A DNA stretch of 64,000 nucleotides from contig CM059438.1 in NCBI GenBank assembly GCA_030390025.1, forward strand, positions 63,180,001 through 63,244,000, written 5' to 3'. Numbering within the stretch: the first letter of the stretch is position 1; each line of letters begins with the position of its first letter. Below, in pieces: positions 36,325-49,174 of the stretch. Origin of the DNA: Squalus acanthias (lineage: Eukaryota). Under the pieces are notes generated by a model, which was not told the origin of the DNA, ran no database searches, and saw only the letters and a list, made by a program, of their open reading frames with translations. A program made the position numbers and the translations under genes.

Positions 36325-37827
36325 ACCATCTTAGATCTGGCCAGAGTTCAGCTTACCTGTGCAGGCCATTAATCCATTCTAGCCATTCCTGGCCTGGGGA
36401 GAATTTCCCCTGAGAAGGTCCCAGCCAGACAGTCAGAATTGCAAATGCAGCTTTCTAATAACTGCACACGTGCGAGATTGATGCATCCGCAGTTCTATTA
36501 AGGTCCTGTTCATGACTGGCACAACTGAGGATGTGTGGATGCCAAGCATATGCAGTTATCCCTTCTCGGCAAATCTACTCTACGGTATAAATGGGACGGA
36601 TTTGACAGCAAGAGAGTTGGCTTATATTAAATAACCACATCCAGTTGGGCTTAAGTTCTGCATTAGAACCAGTTCTGCAATCACAGCCAAACACCCTCTA
36701 ATATACTTTTCACACTATCATGTCATCCCTTCTGTAGTTGTACATTCCTGAGAGTTAGTGAGCCGAGTAAAGAAAAGAAGGAAATGAAAGACAAGAAACC
36801 TGTTTGTATCTATAAGTATACCTCAGGCAGTGTTGCGGTTTGTGCTGTGGTCTATGAGTCAGTCTGACAGGTCTGTCCACAAGATGTCAGTCATGCTTTC
36901 TCCCCCCCCCCCCCCCCCCCCCCAACACAGAGTGACTGCCCCAGACTTTGGTGCCAAAATAATGGCTAACTGCCCGATTGGAAACTGCTGGAGTAGAACT
37001 CTGTCACTGCCATTGACACAGTGATATTCAGGACACTTGGCATGAAACCTCGCCCTGCCCCCCAAGAGTCAGGTTAACAGGTGGGGAAGCAAGATGTGTG
37101 CAGTAAGGTATGTTGTTTCAGCAGCAAATCTGGGCACACTTAATCCTTGACGCTTGCCAAACTGCAACTTAGTTCTCTGTACTGAGGTGTGTCCCTATAG
37201 CGAGAGAGCGTGTGTATTCCATATCAGGCAAACAGAAACTCTACTTATGTAGATTTCTCAATTCTTTGGTTTGGAGACTTTTGGGCACAATGACAGGTTT
37301 CTCTAATCAGAAAATAGCTGACCAAAGAAAATAAACCAACAAGCACCAGCACATATGCAGTCAGCCCATCAAGATGACATTTAAGGATATGTTCACTGGA
37401 AAAGTCGCAGCCAATGACTGTGCCACTGGTTACACTCTCGTCCATTTCAGCCAATCAATTAAATTTTCTGCACAGCTGCTTCCATGGGTGAATGGAGAGT
37501 GATCAGCGCACGTTAATTTCTGTCCCCCACCATTTGTTGTGCTCCCCCTGAAGGTTCTGACTCACTGAGATCTAGTTGCACAGTGGCTAGCTGTCCTCCA
37601 TTACCTCACCTATGTGGTCATTCTTCATGTGTGCACCGAGTCAACATACGCAGTATTGGTAGTCAACATCAACGGGCCAGGCCTTTTCTTGCTGATTTGG
37701 TGCTTTTATTTCCACACAATCTGTTGCCATGCGCTTACATTGCCGTTGGAAAATGAATAGAGTGAGGCCTGTGTATTCTGTAACGTGCTTTGGGTTTAGC
37801 TCTTACCTGCATAACTTCTCCCTGCAG

Positions 37828-37960
37828 GCCAGTTCGGCAAGATGAAATCTCCTTTTGAATGGGACATCGTGACACGAGGCCTAGTTGCCATGACAATAGA
37901 AGGGTTTGTGGGCTTCTTCATCACTATCATGTGCCAGTACAACTTCTTCAGAAAGCCACA
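37828..37960 (+). CDS. ABCA2: ABCA2 exon [44 protein letters not shown](Q)
   Basis: ccctgcag|, |gtaagt; 133 nt; absent from ORF track, read directly. Confidence 0.96.
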
Positions 37961-38755
37961 GTAAGTGTGTTATATGTCCAAGTGAACAGATGACATCTGT
38001 AAGCTCCTGTACCATCTAGACTTGCAACTTGAAGAAAAGGTGCCGTAGCAACTTGTGCATTTGTCCCACAATCTTTGTGGTACCCAGATAAAATATATGA
38101 ATTGCACAGTCCTAAATAGCTTCTCTTTTTCCCGCCCCCACCCTTTGGAGGTTATGAAAACTTCCATTAAACTATCATTAAAACAAATTTAACCAGGGAA
38201 GTCAAATCAGAAGTAAGAGGTAGTCCAGACTCTAGAAGAGCAGTGAGGCTGGTCCCTGGTGTGAGTGGGAAGAGCTATGTGGAACGACTACATATACCAG
38301 AGTTCTTCAGCCTTGGAAGAGCTGTTTCAAAGGGTATCGTAGAGCTTTACAAGACACTTAATGGAGCAGAGAAAGTAAACTCGGGCCAGTACTTTCAGAC
38401 ACACCAAGGCTGCAGGACAAGAGGGCACAAGTTCAGGGCAAATTTCTTTACACCGAGGGTGGGGCACTATTTGCTTGAAAAGGGTGGATGAGGCCAGGAC
38501 ATTTGACTCATTGAAGAAGTGGCAGGTTCTGTAATGGGGAGATTGTTGGTATTACAGCAAATGGGCTTGAGGGACTTTTTCATCCAAACGTATATTGTGA
38601 TCTTGTGATTTCTTTTAGATTGGGATGAGCAAGCTGACTGGTGTGTATTGCATGCACCTTGATAATGAAGATATGTAATTGTACTTGATTATCAACGTTT
38701 GTTTTTAAGCATCTGTTTTGCTTCACCTCAGCACTAATTCCTTCTTCTGTAACAG

Positions 38756-38876
38756 GCGCCTACCAGTTTCTAACAAGCCAATAGAAGATGATGATATCGA
38801 TGTGGGGAACGAGAGGAGACGTGTGCTCCGAGGCGATGCGGACACCGACGTTCTCAAAATTCAGAACCTGACAAAG
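38756..38876 (+). CDS. ABCA2: ABCA2 exon [41 protein letters not shown]
   Basis: gtaacag|, |gtaaag; 121 nt; ABCA EDxDVxxER linker. Confidence 0.96.
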
Positions 38877-38911
38877 GTAAAGCAATGGGAACATTGGGAA
38901 TTCTGCCTTTA

Positions 38912-40150
38912 AAAAAGAAAAGAAAGATTTGCATTTATACATGACCCAAGGACATCCCAAAGCGATTTACAGCCAATAAAGTAATTTTTTTTTTGAAGTG
39001 TAGTCACTGTTATATTAGATTTTGCAGTAGGAATAACGGTGAGGCTATCAACGCTCACCCGTATTAAGGAGTAAATCGGACAGCAACTTCTGGCGCCCAC
39101 ACATGCCCAGTTAAACGCGGAAATCAGGAAGTTGGTGTCTGAGATGCCCTGCTCCTCCTGAAGCTTCGCTACACCGGTATCTTGCCGAGAGATTCAGCAT
39201 TCAAACACATGAAGGCCATGATGTTGCGGTACTTACCCACTAGATACTCACTAAACATGCCAGAAAAAGTTGGGGCTTGTCCATTCAAGTGTGTGAATTT
39301 CTAACGGCGTGATGAGTCTTAATTACTGCCAAACAACCTCTCTGGCACTGAAATTTTACTTTTACAAGTGTGGAGACTCAATCCTTCAGATTTTAAATAT
39401 TGTTGGGGATTTTAAACAAAATGTAAGTTTTTTTTTACTCTTTCGTTCTCTTTTATCTCTCTCTCTCTTAATCCCATCTTTCTTTCCCCCTCTTTATTTC
39501 GTTTTCTGTACATGATTTTGCATTGAATTAAATATTCTAACTTACACTTCCTGGTATGATATTGTAATCCAGTATGGATTTTTCAATCTGATTGGTTGAG
39601 GAGACACGCTGTTGCTTGCCCTGTTCACACAGGTACCAGATCCCCTGTAGAGGGCGCCGTGGTGCTTCAGACTCCTGATGACCGTAAGTTGCCGCACAAA
39701 AGCCCCCCAAATGTCTGTGGGCAGCTGTAAGGGTAATGAACGGCGAGCCCTGTTCATTCGCCGCTGACCGTAAAATCCGCACCAATATGGGAAACATGGC
39801 AGCCAATTTGCACACTGCAAGGTCCCACAAACAGCAATGTGATAATGACCAGATAAACCGTTTTAGTGATGTTGGTTGAGGGATAAATATTTGTCCAGGA
39901 CACCAGGGAGAACTCCCCTGCTCCTCTTAGAATACTGCAGCGGGATCTTTTATGTCCACGTGCGAGAGCAGACGGGGCCTCGGTTTAACGTCTCATCCAC
40001 AAGACAGCACCTCCGACAGTGCAGCACTCCCTCAGTACTGCACTCGAGTGTCAGCCGAGTATTTTGTGCTCAAGTCTCTGGAGTGGGACTCGAACCCACA
40101 ACCTTCTGACTCGGAGGCGAGAGTGCTACCCACTGAGCCATGGCTGACAC
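38912..40150 (-). mobile_element. Deu-SINE split by a MITE (about 39013-39783)
   Basis: SINE tail 38912-39012 continues at ~39786-40150; insert shares motifs with 11880-12571. Confidence 0.8.
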
Positions 40151-40839
40151 TTTTTATTAGCTGAAGCGAGTGAGTTCAGTTTCCTGAGTGCCCCAAAGCT
40201 AGTAGATGCCTCGGACATTATTGGCTCACCTGCCCGATACTTGTGGTTGACATCAGCAGTGGATGTCAATGGGAGCCCCACTCAGTTGACCCGTTACCTG
40301 CCCGATTCTAGCCCAACATGATTATAAGTTCTTCAGAGGAGAACCAATAAGGAACTGAGTGATGCTGTTTATTCCACCCATGAGGAAGACCTTGTAATTC
40401 ACAGGTGATAGTCAACTGAAGATTTCAGCTCCAACCTAGCTTTCATTTTATTAGAATGAACCAATTTTCAATGGAAGTGGCCACATGTTCCCTTTTGAAT
40501 TCTTTATATTGGTAGTTAGAAAGTAAATAAACAATCCTGTACCAGCGCGCCACACATTCCGTAAATTAACCATCAAAATACCCAAATGAGCCAATTGCAG
40601 ATTTGGCCACGCGGTGAGCTCACATAAACCAACAGCAACAACTGGCGTCCGTGCATAACTAGAACAGTGTGAATTGAAGTAAACATATCATCAGTTTCTC
40701 TTAATCAGAGTGCAATCGATATTCCCCAGGACCATGCACGGAAACACTGCATTACACAAGATTCATTCCAGGGTTATGCTGTAATGGTTACTCTCACAGC
40801 ATGACTAAATTGTACATGTTGATTTAAATGTACTTGGGA

Positions 40840-41360
40840 ATGGGGCAAACAGGTGGCAAATGAAATTCAATGTAGGGAAATGCAAAGTGCTTCAGACATG
40901 GGGCAAAAAAATCCAGGAATATGGACTATTACTTAGAAAAGAAAGTAACGTGCATGAACATTTTCCTGATTCTCCTTAGAGCAGAGAAAGTGAAGGGGAG
41001 ATTTGGTAGCTTGTTCAAAATCATGAAGAGTTTTGATAGAGTAAATAAGGAGAAACTGTTTCCAGTAGCAGAATGGTCGGTAAGCAGAGGACACAGATTT
41101 AAGGTAGTTGGCAAAAGAACCAGAGGCGACAGGCGGAATAAGAATTATGCAGCGAGTTATTATGATCTGGAATGCACTTCCTGAAAGGATTATGGAAGCA
41201 AATTCAATAATAACTTTCAAAATGGAATTGGATAAATACTTGAAGGGAGAAAATTTGGGGGAAAGAGCAGGGGAGTGTGAGTAATTGGAGAGCTCTTTCA
41301 AAGAGCCCGGCACAGGCTCAATGGGCCAAAAGGCCTCCCTCTGTGCCATATCATTCTATG
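40840..41360 (+). mobile_element. Degenerate CR1 3' fragments
   Basis: FKIMKSFDRVNKEKLFP; CR1 3'UTR. Confidence 0.82.
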
Positions 41361-41647
41361 ACACAATTGAGATAAGAAGTCATGCTGGGCAGTGTTCTGA
41401 CGGTACCTGGTGTTCCAATGCAATGTGCTTTGTCTTCCAAAATGTTGGATTCATATATAAAACGTGCATACCGGAACTAAAATAAATCACTTCTGATAAG
41501 AAGATTCCTATATGTATAGAAATTCCCGGTTAATACTCAGTGTGGTCATGTGTCTTACTGACTGTTTGATCACCAATCAATCATAAAATCAGAAGAGCTG
41601 TGTTCAGTTTTGTTCAGACTTGATACTTGTATCCATGGCATCAACAG

Positions 41648-41826
41648 GTGTACAAGTCTCGGAGGATGGGCCGGATCCTGGCAGTGGATCGCTTGTGTGC
41701 CGGTGTGCGTCCTGGAGAGTGCTTCGGGTTACTGGGAGTGAACGGAGCTGGGAAGACGACAACATTCAAGATGCTGACTGGGGACGAGAGCACGACTGGC
41801 GGAGAGGCCTTTGTTAATGGAAACAG
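41648..41826 (+). CDS. ABCA2: ABCA2 exon J (NBD2 Walker A): [59 protein letters not shown](S)
   Basis: tcaacag|, |gtaaat; 179 nt; [10 protein letters not shown]-loop. Confidence 0.97.
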
Positions 41827-42011
41827 GTAAATGACGGGAGTTGCTTGTTATAGTGAGGAAAGGAAAAACCACTGAGTGATACCTTGAGCTTTAATCATCT
41901 CCCCATCATTCATTCAGGCCTTAACTTCACAGGAGAATGCTCAGTATTCCCCCACAACTATGCAAGCTAGCACTGCATGACACTCACCTTCCTTTTCGTT
42001 GTCTGTTTCAG

Positions 42012-42153
42012 TATTCTCAAGGACTTGCTGAAGGTGCAGCAGAGTATTGGGTACTGTCCACAGTTTGATGCACTTTTCGACGAGCTCACCGCCCGGGAGC
42101 ACATGGAACTCTACACCAGGCTACGCGGAGTCCCCTGGAAAGACGAAGAGAGG
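42012..42153 (+). CDS. ABCA2: ABCA2 exon K (Q-loop): [47 protein letters not shown]
   Basis: tgtttcag|, |gtaaga; 142 nt; GYCPQFDAL motif. Confidence 0.97.
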
Positions 42154-42924
42154 GTAAGAGTTGGGAGGAGGGTCTCAAATCACAGATCAGTATTACATAA
42201 AATTACATGGAATTTACAGCACAGAAACAGGCCATTCGGCCGAACAGGTCTATGCTGGTGTTTATGCTCCACACCTGTATTTGTTGCTTTAATTGTGTTC
42301 CAATTGAATGGGGTACAAGTTAATGACCTACTTAACATAATGGGTCAAGAATATTCTTAGATCATTGTATTATTGATCAAAGGGAAAGGGAAGTCAAACA
42401 GAATTTGTTTAGTGCAAAGTATTTCCCATATATCTTTTTTTAATGGTTTCTCAAGTGGGTCCAAAATCAAGATCCCCACTGCAATAAAGGGAGCAGCTGC
42501 TCGTGATGTCACTGGAGTGCCCTGGAGGCAAAGAGACAACTCCCCTCATTGGGGCAAGAATATTTCTTTTTTTATTAAACATCAGGGTGTATTTTTTAAA
42601 ATAAGTATTCCTATACATAGACATCGGGAATTACTTTGAGCAAAAAAAAACCTGCCCTCTAGACTTTCCTCTTCCTTTAGTGTCTGACATATTTATGGCT
42701 GGGATTTGCCTCGGGTATTGCATATATGTCACTAGCAAAGTCGTGTACACACAGTGAAGTATGAGGAATTTCCAACTCCTGTGGGTTACTAAAACTTACC
42801 AATAAAGTTGTTTATTACTGCAGTCCTGCGAAGATCGAAGGGAAGCAGGCAGAACGCAGTGTAAATTTGGTGTAAAATTGCACCAGTGGAATTGTAGAGC
42901 ATCTTTTACTGTTTAGCAGGTATT

Positions 42925-43172
42925 TATTACATGAATTTACAGCGCAGACACAGGCCATACGGCCCAGCTAGTCTATGCTGGTGTTTATGCTCCGCACGAG
43001 CCTCCTCCCACCCTACTTCATCTAACCCCATCAGCATATCCTTCTATTCCTGTCTCCCTCGTGTGCTATCTGACTTCCCCTTAAATATATCTATGCTACT
43101 CGCCTCAACCACTCCCTGTAGTAGAGAGTTCCACACTCTCTCCACTCTCTGAGTGAAGAGGTTTCTCCTGAT
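42925..43172 (-). mobile_element. CR1 3'UTR fragment (shorter related tail at ~42195-42272)
   Basis: Similar to the 3' end of 59081-61165. Confidence 0.78.
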
Positions 43173-43186
43173 AAAACTATTTTTTC

Positions 43187-43645
43187 ATTCTTCTTCTTCT
43201 TAGGCAGTCCCTCGGAACCGAGGATGACTTGCTTCCACACTAAAAATGAGTTCGCAGGTGACTGATGAGTCCAATGCGGGACCTACAGTCTCTGTCACAG
43301 GTGGGGCAGATGGTGGTTGAAGGGGCGGGTGGGTGGGGTGCTAGGGTTGACGTGCGCTCCTTGTGCTGCCTGCGCTTGGCTTCCGCTTGCTCCCGGCGAA
43401 GAGACTCGAGGTGTTCGGCGCCTTCCCGGATGCTTCTCCTCCACTTTGTGCGGTCTTGGGCCAGGGATTCCCAGGTGTCGGTGGGGATGTTACACTTTTT
43501 CAAGGAGGCTTTGAGGGTGTCCTTGAAGCGTTTCCTCTGCCCACCTGGGGCTCTCTTGCCATGCCGGAGCTCCGAGTAGAGCGCTTGTTTTGGGAGTCTC
43601 GTATCGGGCATGCGGACGATGTGACCCGTCCATCGGAGCTGATCA
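43187..43645 (-). mobile_element. RTE-clade LINE 3' end
   Basis: ORF 43240..43683 DQLRWTGHIVRMPDTRLPKQ...CPTCDRDCRSRIGLISHLRTH; same family as 29775. Confidence 0.9.
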
Positions 43646-44214
43646 TTACATAACAGTTGATTCCATTTAACTTGTAATGTCAATAGAGAGTAATCTAATG
43701 GAGGAATGCAGATGATGTTCTTAACTGTGAGCGAGAAACTCGAGTGGTTTCTGTCTTCTGAACTCTGACATGAGAAGTAAAGAGGTTTACGATTTTGTCC
43801 CTTAAAACCACAAGAGGATATCTTTATGTAGTGTTATTTCCCGATATTAAACGACAGCAGTTAATGTCATCTTCAGCGAGGATGAAATCGTATATCGACT
43901 GCTTGGAGCACAAAAGGAAGTAAATCTGCCTCAGCGGCTCGCCTCAGCGGCTCCATAGAACCTCCAGTACAAATAATGGGGACATATGGGACAACTTTGT
44001 GTTCCAGTCACGATATTACCTGAACACATCAGTGAAATAATTTCTGTTCGCTCCCAGGCACCCCACAATTTTCCATGTTACACACAAAACAATCTTTTTA
44101 AACTCTCACCAGGGTTATCATTTTGTAGGTAGGCATGGTGACTGCTTACACATTCCTAGCTACTTGCACCTTGATCCTGTTTCCCAGTCTGTCCACAGAA
44201 AAGTGGCACGTTGA

Positions 44215-44455
44215 CTGGGTGCTGCAGTGGGGTGAGTAACTGGCCTCTTTTCCCTCTGGGGCATGAATTCAAATCCAGCCCGGAAATGGCAGCATGAATG
44301 TGGCCTCTGTCTGCTGGCTATAAAGGTCCTCTGTGAGAAGACTTTGGGTGAGCTTGTGCCCACCACACACAACTGACTGGAATGAGGCAATGATTGGCAG
44401 TAATTGGCACCAATTTGGCAATCTCGCCCAGAAGGGCCAAGATGGCTGTGGTGCA
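44215..44455 (+). mobile_element. Ancient tRNA-derived SINE resembling AmnSINE2/MetaSINE (related decayed copies ~480-650, ~48690-48960, ~55080-55280)
   Basis: ttcaaatccagccc B-box region and attggcagtaattggcacc motif; family assignment from memory only. Confidence 0.5.
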
Positions 44456-44679
44456 AAATGGAATAAAAATGTTAGACACCGCGTTATGCGTTATGAGATG
44501 CTCTTGTGTTATGAAATGCTCTTGCTGTTCAGTAGAGTTGAGAGAAGTTTACTTAACATGTATACCTGATTTCTGAGCGTTTGTCACTGACATTGGTTTT
44601 AAAAAATAAGTGGACAAGGGATTTATTTTTTGCCTCAAACTTAGAAGATCTTTTTATCCTCTCGACTCCATTTCTCTAG

Positions 44680-44814
44680 GTTATAAACTGGGCACTTGAT
44701 AAACTGGAACTCACGAAATACGCAGACAAGCCCGCGGGAACCTACAGTGGTGGCAACAAACGGAAGTTGTCTACCGCCATTGCTCTGATCGGCTATCCTT
44801 CTTTAATTTTCCTG
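44680..44814 (+). CDS. ABCA2: ABCA2 exon L (signature): [45 protein letters not shown]
   Basis: tttctctag|, |gtaaga; 135 nt; [10 protein letters not shown]; absent from ORF track. Confidence 0.97.
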
Positions 44815-45131
44815 GTAAGAATCACAAGTATCTTGGGCTGCCACAGTTAGGTAAATTGTGTTCACATCACAAAATTATTCCAACAAGGTCAATGTTTTGT
44901 TGGCTTTTAAGTGCTGTTGTCCTACCAGGTTTTTTGTGTCCATTTTGGGGAATAGCAATGCACATTCAGCATGGAATACAAGTGCAGAATACAAGTGTAG
45001 TGTCCCAATTTCTCTGTCATGACTCTCGGGATTACCTAAGCAGTTGTCTTAAAGCTGGAATAGCACTGTGCCTATCTCATTGTAAGAGCTAGAGATTGCA
45101 CAGTGCCCTAGGTACAAACACAAGCTACATT

Positions 45132-45871
45132 GGCCCAAAAATTCGTGAGGAAGCCTTCGTGCGAGGGTAAGGCCTTCCCGCGATCTCTCACTCCGCGTTG
45201 GCTTTTTCAGTTCCAGCTCGCACGAACTTGATGTTCTGGACAGCTGCTGTGCTGGGCTTGCGTATCCCACCGGCGTAGTTAATTCGTGCGAGCTGTGGGA
45301 TCACATGACTCAGTTAGAGCCAATGGCAGCACACCATCTTCCATTCATAACTTTCACATAAGTGCTGTGAAAGCTATGAATACTATAGCCCCCCAAAAGA
45401 ACCGCTAAACCTCAATTAAATTAAAAAAAAACCCATCACATTAATAAAATAAGTATAGTTAAATAAATTAACCATTTTAAATAAAAAATTAAATTTTTGA
45501 AAAAATTTTAAATCTTTTAAAAAGTTATAAAAATAAACTTACCTGTCTTTAAAGTCTCTAAAAAAAATATACCTGTTAAAAAAAAATCAAAATAATACTT
45601 AATTCACTACTTACCTTGTTAAAAGTGGGTCTTACTCCTTTTTTTATGTCTAGAATCTTCCGTACTTACCTGCGCGTTGAAACCACTAAGTGCACAGCGT
45701 GCGCGCAGCCTGTAGCGCGCACGCGGTTCACCTAGGACCCGCCCCCTTTTCCATTCACCAAGTGCCGGTTTTCAGCGCATGCGCAGTGCATGCAGAAAAC
45801 CGGCAATTGGAGACAGAATACGCGAGAGTACACAGTGAATACTCTCGCGTAGCGGGACTAATTTTTGGGCC
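45132..45871. mobile_element. MITE, PIF/Harbinger-like
   Basis: Perfect 12-bp TIR ggcccaaaaatt / aatttttgggcc; 3-bp TSD ATT (45129-31 / 45872-74); CpG-rich ends, AT-rich middle. Confidence 0.85.
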
Positions 45872-45989
45872 ATTGTCATTAGGCAGATTGTAAAACAGCC
45901 CCATCTACTTATTGCATTAATCTACTCCCCTTAGGCTAAAGCTCCTTTGAAAGAATACTGCCAATTAAGTTCCTACGGTGGATTTCTCT

Positions 45990-46552
45990 ATTTTTATTCG
46001 TTCACGGGATGTGGGCGTCGCTGGCAAGGCCAGCATTTATTGCCCATCCCTAATTGCCCTTGAGAAGGTGGCGGTGAGCTGCCTTCTTGAACCGCTGCAG
46101 TCCGTGCGGTGAAGGTGCTCCCACAGTGCTGTTGGGTAGGGAGTTCCAGGATTTTGACCCAGCGACGATGAAGGATCGGCGATATACTTCCAAGTCAGGA
46201 TGGTGTGTAACTTGGCAGTGATGGTGTTCCTATGCGCCTGCTGCCCTTGACCTTCTAGGGGGTAGAGGTCGCGGGTTTGGGAGGTGCCGCCGAAGAAGCC
46301 TGGGCGAGTTGCTGCAGTGCATCTTGTAGCTGGTACACACTGCAGCCACAGTACATCGGTGGTGGAGGGAGTGAATGTTTAAGGTGGTGAATGGGGTGCC
46401 AATCAAGCTTGGCTGCTTTGTCCTGGATGGTGTCGAGCATCTTGAGTGTTGTTGGAGTTGCACTCATCCAGGCAAGTGGAAAGTATTCCATCACACTCCT
46501 AACTTGTGCCTTGTAGATGGTGGAAAGGCTTTGAGGAGTCAGGAGGTGAGAC
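45990..46552 (-). mobile_element. CR1-group LINE 3' end, same family as 1-462
   Basis: LLTPQSLSTIYKAQVRSVMEYFPLAWMS. Confidence 0.85.
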
Positions 46553-47759
46553 ACTTGGGTATTCATATGCAAAATACACCTCTGTATGCTTACATAACTG
46601 CCTTATTTTTTTTTGTTAAAGACAAGCAGCATAAGAATATATAAATGGTGTATCACACGTGAATGTCCAACGATAAAATAGTTCTAGGGCCTTTTTCGTG
46701 GAGTTGTCCTTGAGGTGGATAAAATGTTCCTAACGTCATCTAGTCACGAATATTTGGTAATCTTGTGGCAGCTTCCAAAAGCAGCCTTCAGCTTGTTTTG
46801 TTGAGTTGGCAATGTTCATCCGTACAGTCTTTGAGTTGCTTACTTCTGGTCTTATGTGGGCCAGCCAGAGAAGAAAAAGAAAGGTAATTTCTCAAAGCTT
46901 AAAAAATGGAGCGAGATAGGGCAGACCCATGCAAATCAAAGCTCTACATCTGGAAGACAGCATTCTCAAAGTTCCTGATATTTTCTACCGAAACTGATCT
47001 ATTGTCCAAAGTTTGTGGGAATGTTTGTGGGAATGTGTGTGGCTGTGAAATGCCATGCTAGATGTAATGATGGGATTAGAATCTATAATAGCTTTTATAA
47101 GGGAAGTGGATAAATATTTTTGAAAGAAAAATTTAAAAGGGAAAGTGTAGGAGAATGGGACCATTGGATAGAACTTTGAGGGTATCAGTACGGACACGAT
47201 GGGCTCAAGGGCAGCATCCTGTGCTGTAACAATCTGAATACTGAACTTTCCAGCATTTTCAGTTGTCCTCCAGTAACCCAGTCATGCTCAGTGTTCCCTT
47301 AATGTTCCTGTTGATTATGAATTCCACTAGAAGAGGCAAGATATGTTGTGCTTACTGTCCACTTCTCCATGGTCAGTAATTTCTCAGCACATAAATAACT
47401 TGGATTCCTCGCCACATTTTAAACAAACTGCACAAATGTCGACCCCCTCATCACACCATGGATTCCTTTCACAAACTTTCACTGGCGTAACAATCAATGA
47501 GAGATTTGTAATCAATAATGTAGATGTGTCATTTAACTCTAATAAACTTGGTCTTCCTCACCTCTACGAGCAATGGTGTCCATTCAAAAATTCCAGTTTC
47601 ATTATTCTAAAATATAAGTTATCATTCTCTGTTAGCAAAGCTGTTCTCTTGTGAATGAACATTTACAATGAACATTTAATGCTAGCATGATTTTTCTTAA
47701 AAGGGAACGAGAGCAAGCTCGTTTTGCTCGATGGTTTTAATATTACACTAATTACACAC

Positions 47760-48172
47760 ATGTGCTCAATTCCCACTCCAGGGACTTGAGCACAAAATTC
47801 TAGGCTGACACTCCAGTGCAGTGCTGAGGGAGTGCTGCACTGTCAGAGGTGCCGTCTTTCGGATGAGACGTTAAACCAAGGCCCCGTCTGCTCTCTCAGG
47901 TGGACGTAAAAGATCCCATGGCACGATTCGAAGAAGAGCAGGGGAGTTATCCCCGGTGTCCTGGCCAATATTTATCCCTCAACCAACAGAACAAAAACAG
48001 ATTATCTGGTCATCATCACATTGCTGTTTGTGGGAGCTTGCTGAGTGCAAATTGGCTGCTGTGTTTCCTACATTACAACAGTGACTACACTCCAAAAGTA
48101 CTTCATTGGCTGTAAAGCGCTTTGAGGCGTCCGGTGGTCGTTAAAGACGCTAAATAAATGCAAGTCTTTCTT
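47760..48172 (+). mobile_element. Deu-SINE, head truncated
   Basis: Matches the 16905 copy from cccactccagggacttgagcac onward. Confidence 0.88.
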
Positions 48173-49174
48173 TATGTGCATCTCAATGATGGGCAAAAAC
48201 CTTTTGAACCAAAGTAATGAGTTGTTGGGAAGTCCAAATCTTGCACGTGGAGATTTAGTGCACATATGTCCCTCCCAGGTGCACATATGTCTATGTGTTT
48301 CTCATGTCAGAACTCCTTCAGCAGCTACAAAGCTCTTGCTGTACAAAGCACCGTGCACCGTTTAACTGCAGTGTTTCATATAGTGTGCTCATTCGCCTTG
48401 GTTGTTCTTTCAGCCCAGATTCAAAATTGCCACTGTATATTTTCTTCAGGGGAAAACCATGACATCGGTTGGTTCCACATCCACAAAGATGTCTTCCAAG
48501 CTTCTTAAATGTTGATTTGTATTTTTAGATAAAATAGCCCAGACTCTTCCCCGATGTGACTATTTATTATTACTGACCTGTAGAATTAACTTGCCCTTTG
48601 ATTGGCAATGTAATACAAGGAAAACAAATTTACATTATTTAAAAAATGTTTTTTTACTATCTTTGACAATCCTTTGGGAATGTTCTGCTCAGTTGCGGCC
48701 TAGGTGATAGAGTGGCCAAGCAGAATGCCCTGTTGCGTGTGAGACCTGGTTTAAATCCAGCCCAGACTGATTGAATAATGCTCTTTTCTCTCCCAACTTT
48801 TTAACGGTGCAAAGTAAGATGAGTTTGGATAGGTTCAACCCAGTCTGTAATAGAGGGTAAATCACACAGCACAAATTCTCCACTGTTTGGTACTACCCAA
48901 CGCTGTTGCTCGTAGACGGCCACAAGGATGATTGGTGAGGGAAATGAAAGAACATTCCATTCCCTAGTGCTGACAACTCACCTTGATGAACATGAAAATC
49001 ACCCTCCTCGCTCCCCACCAAACATTGTTACCACACCATATTTGGTCAATGTATCTGATATTTTGGGCCTATGTATTTGATATTTTGGGCCTATATATTT
49101 GGTAAATGTATCTTATGCTGTGGGCCTAGGGCCCCTAGGCACACAGACCTTTCTGGAACCTGATTCTCTACATC

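Noticed and set aside
48279..48400. Mutually exclusive alternative to exon M
   Set aside because: Phase-compatible length, but in-frame TAA, a poor donor (gttgtt) and no peptide similarity.
49040..49140. Short local duplications and palindrome (also 43928-43953, ~22121-22166, poly-C 36902-36923)
   Set aside because: Consistent with ordinary slippage; no sign of function.
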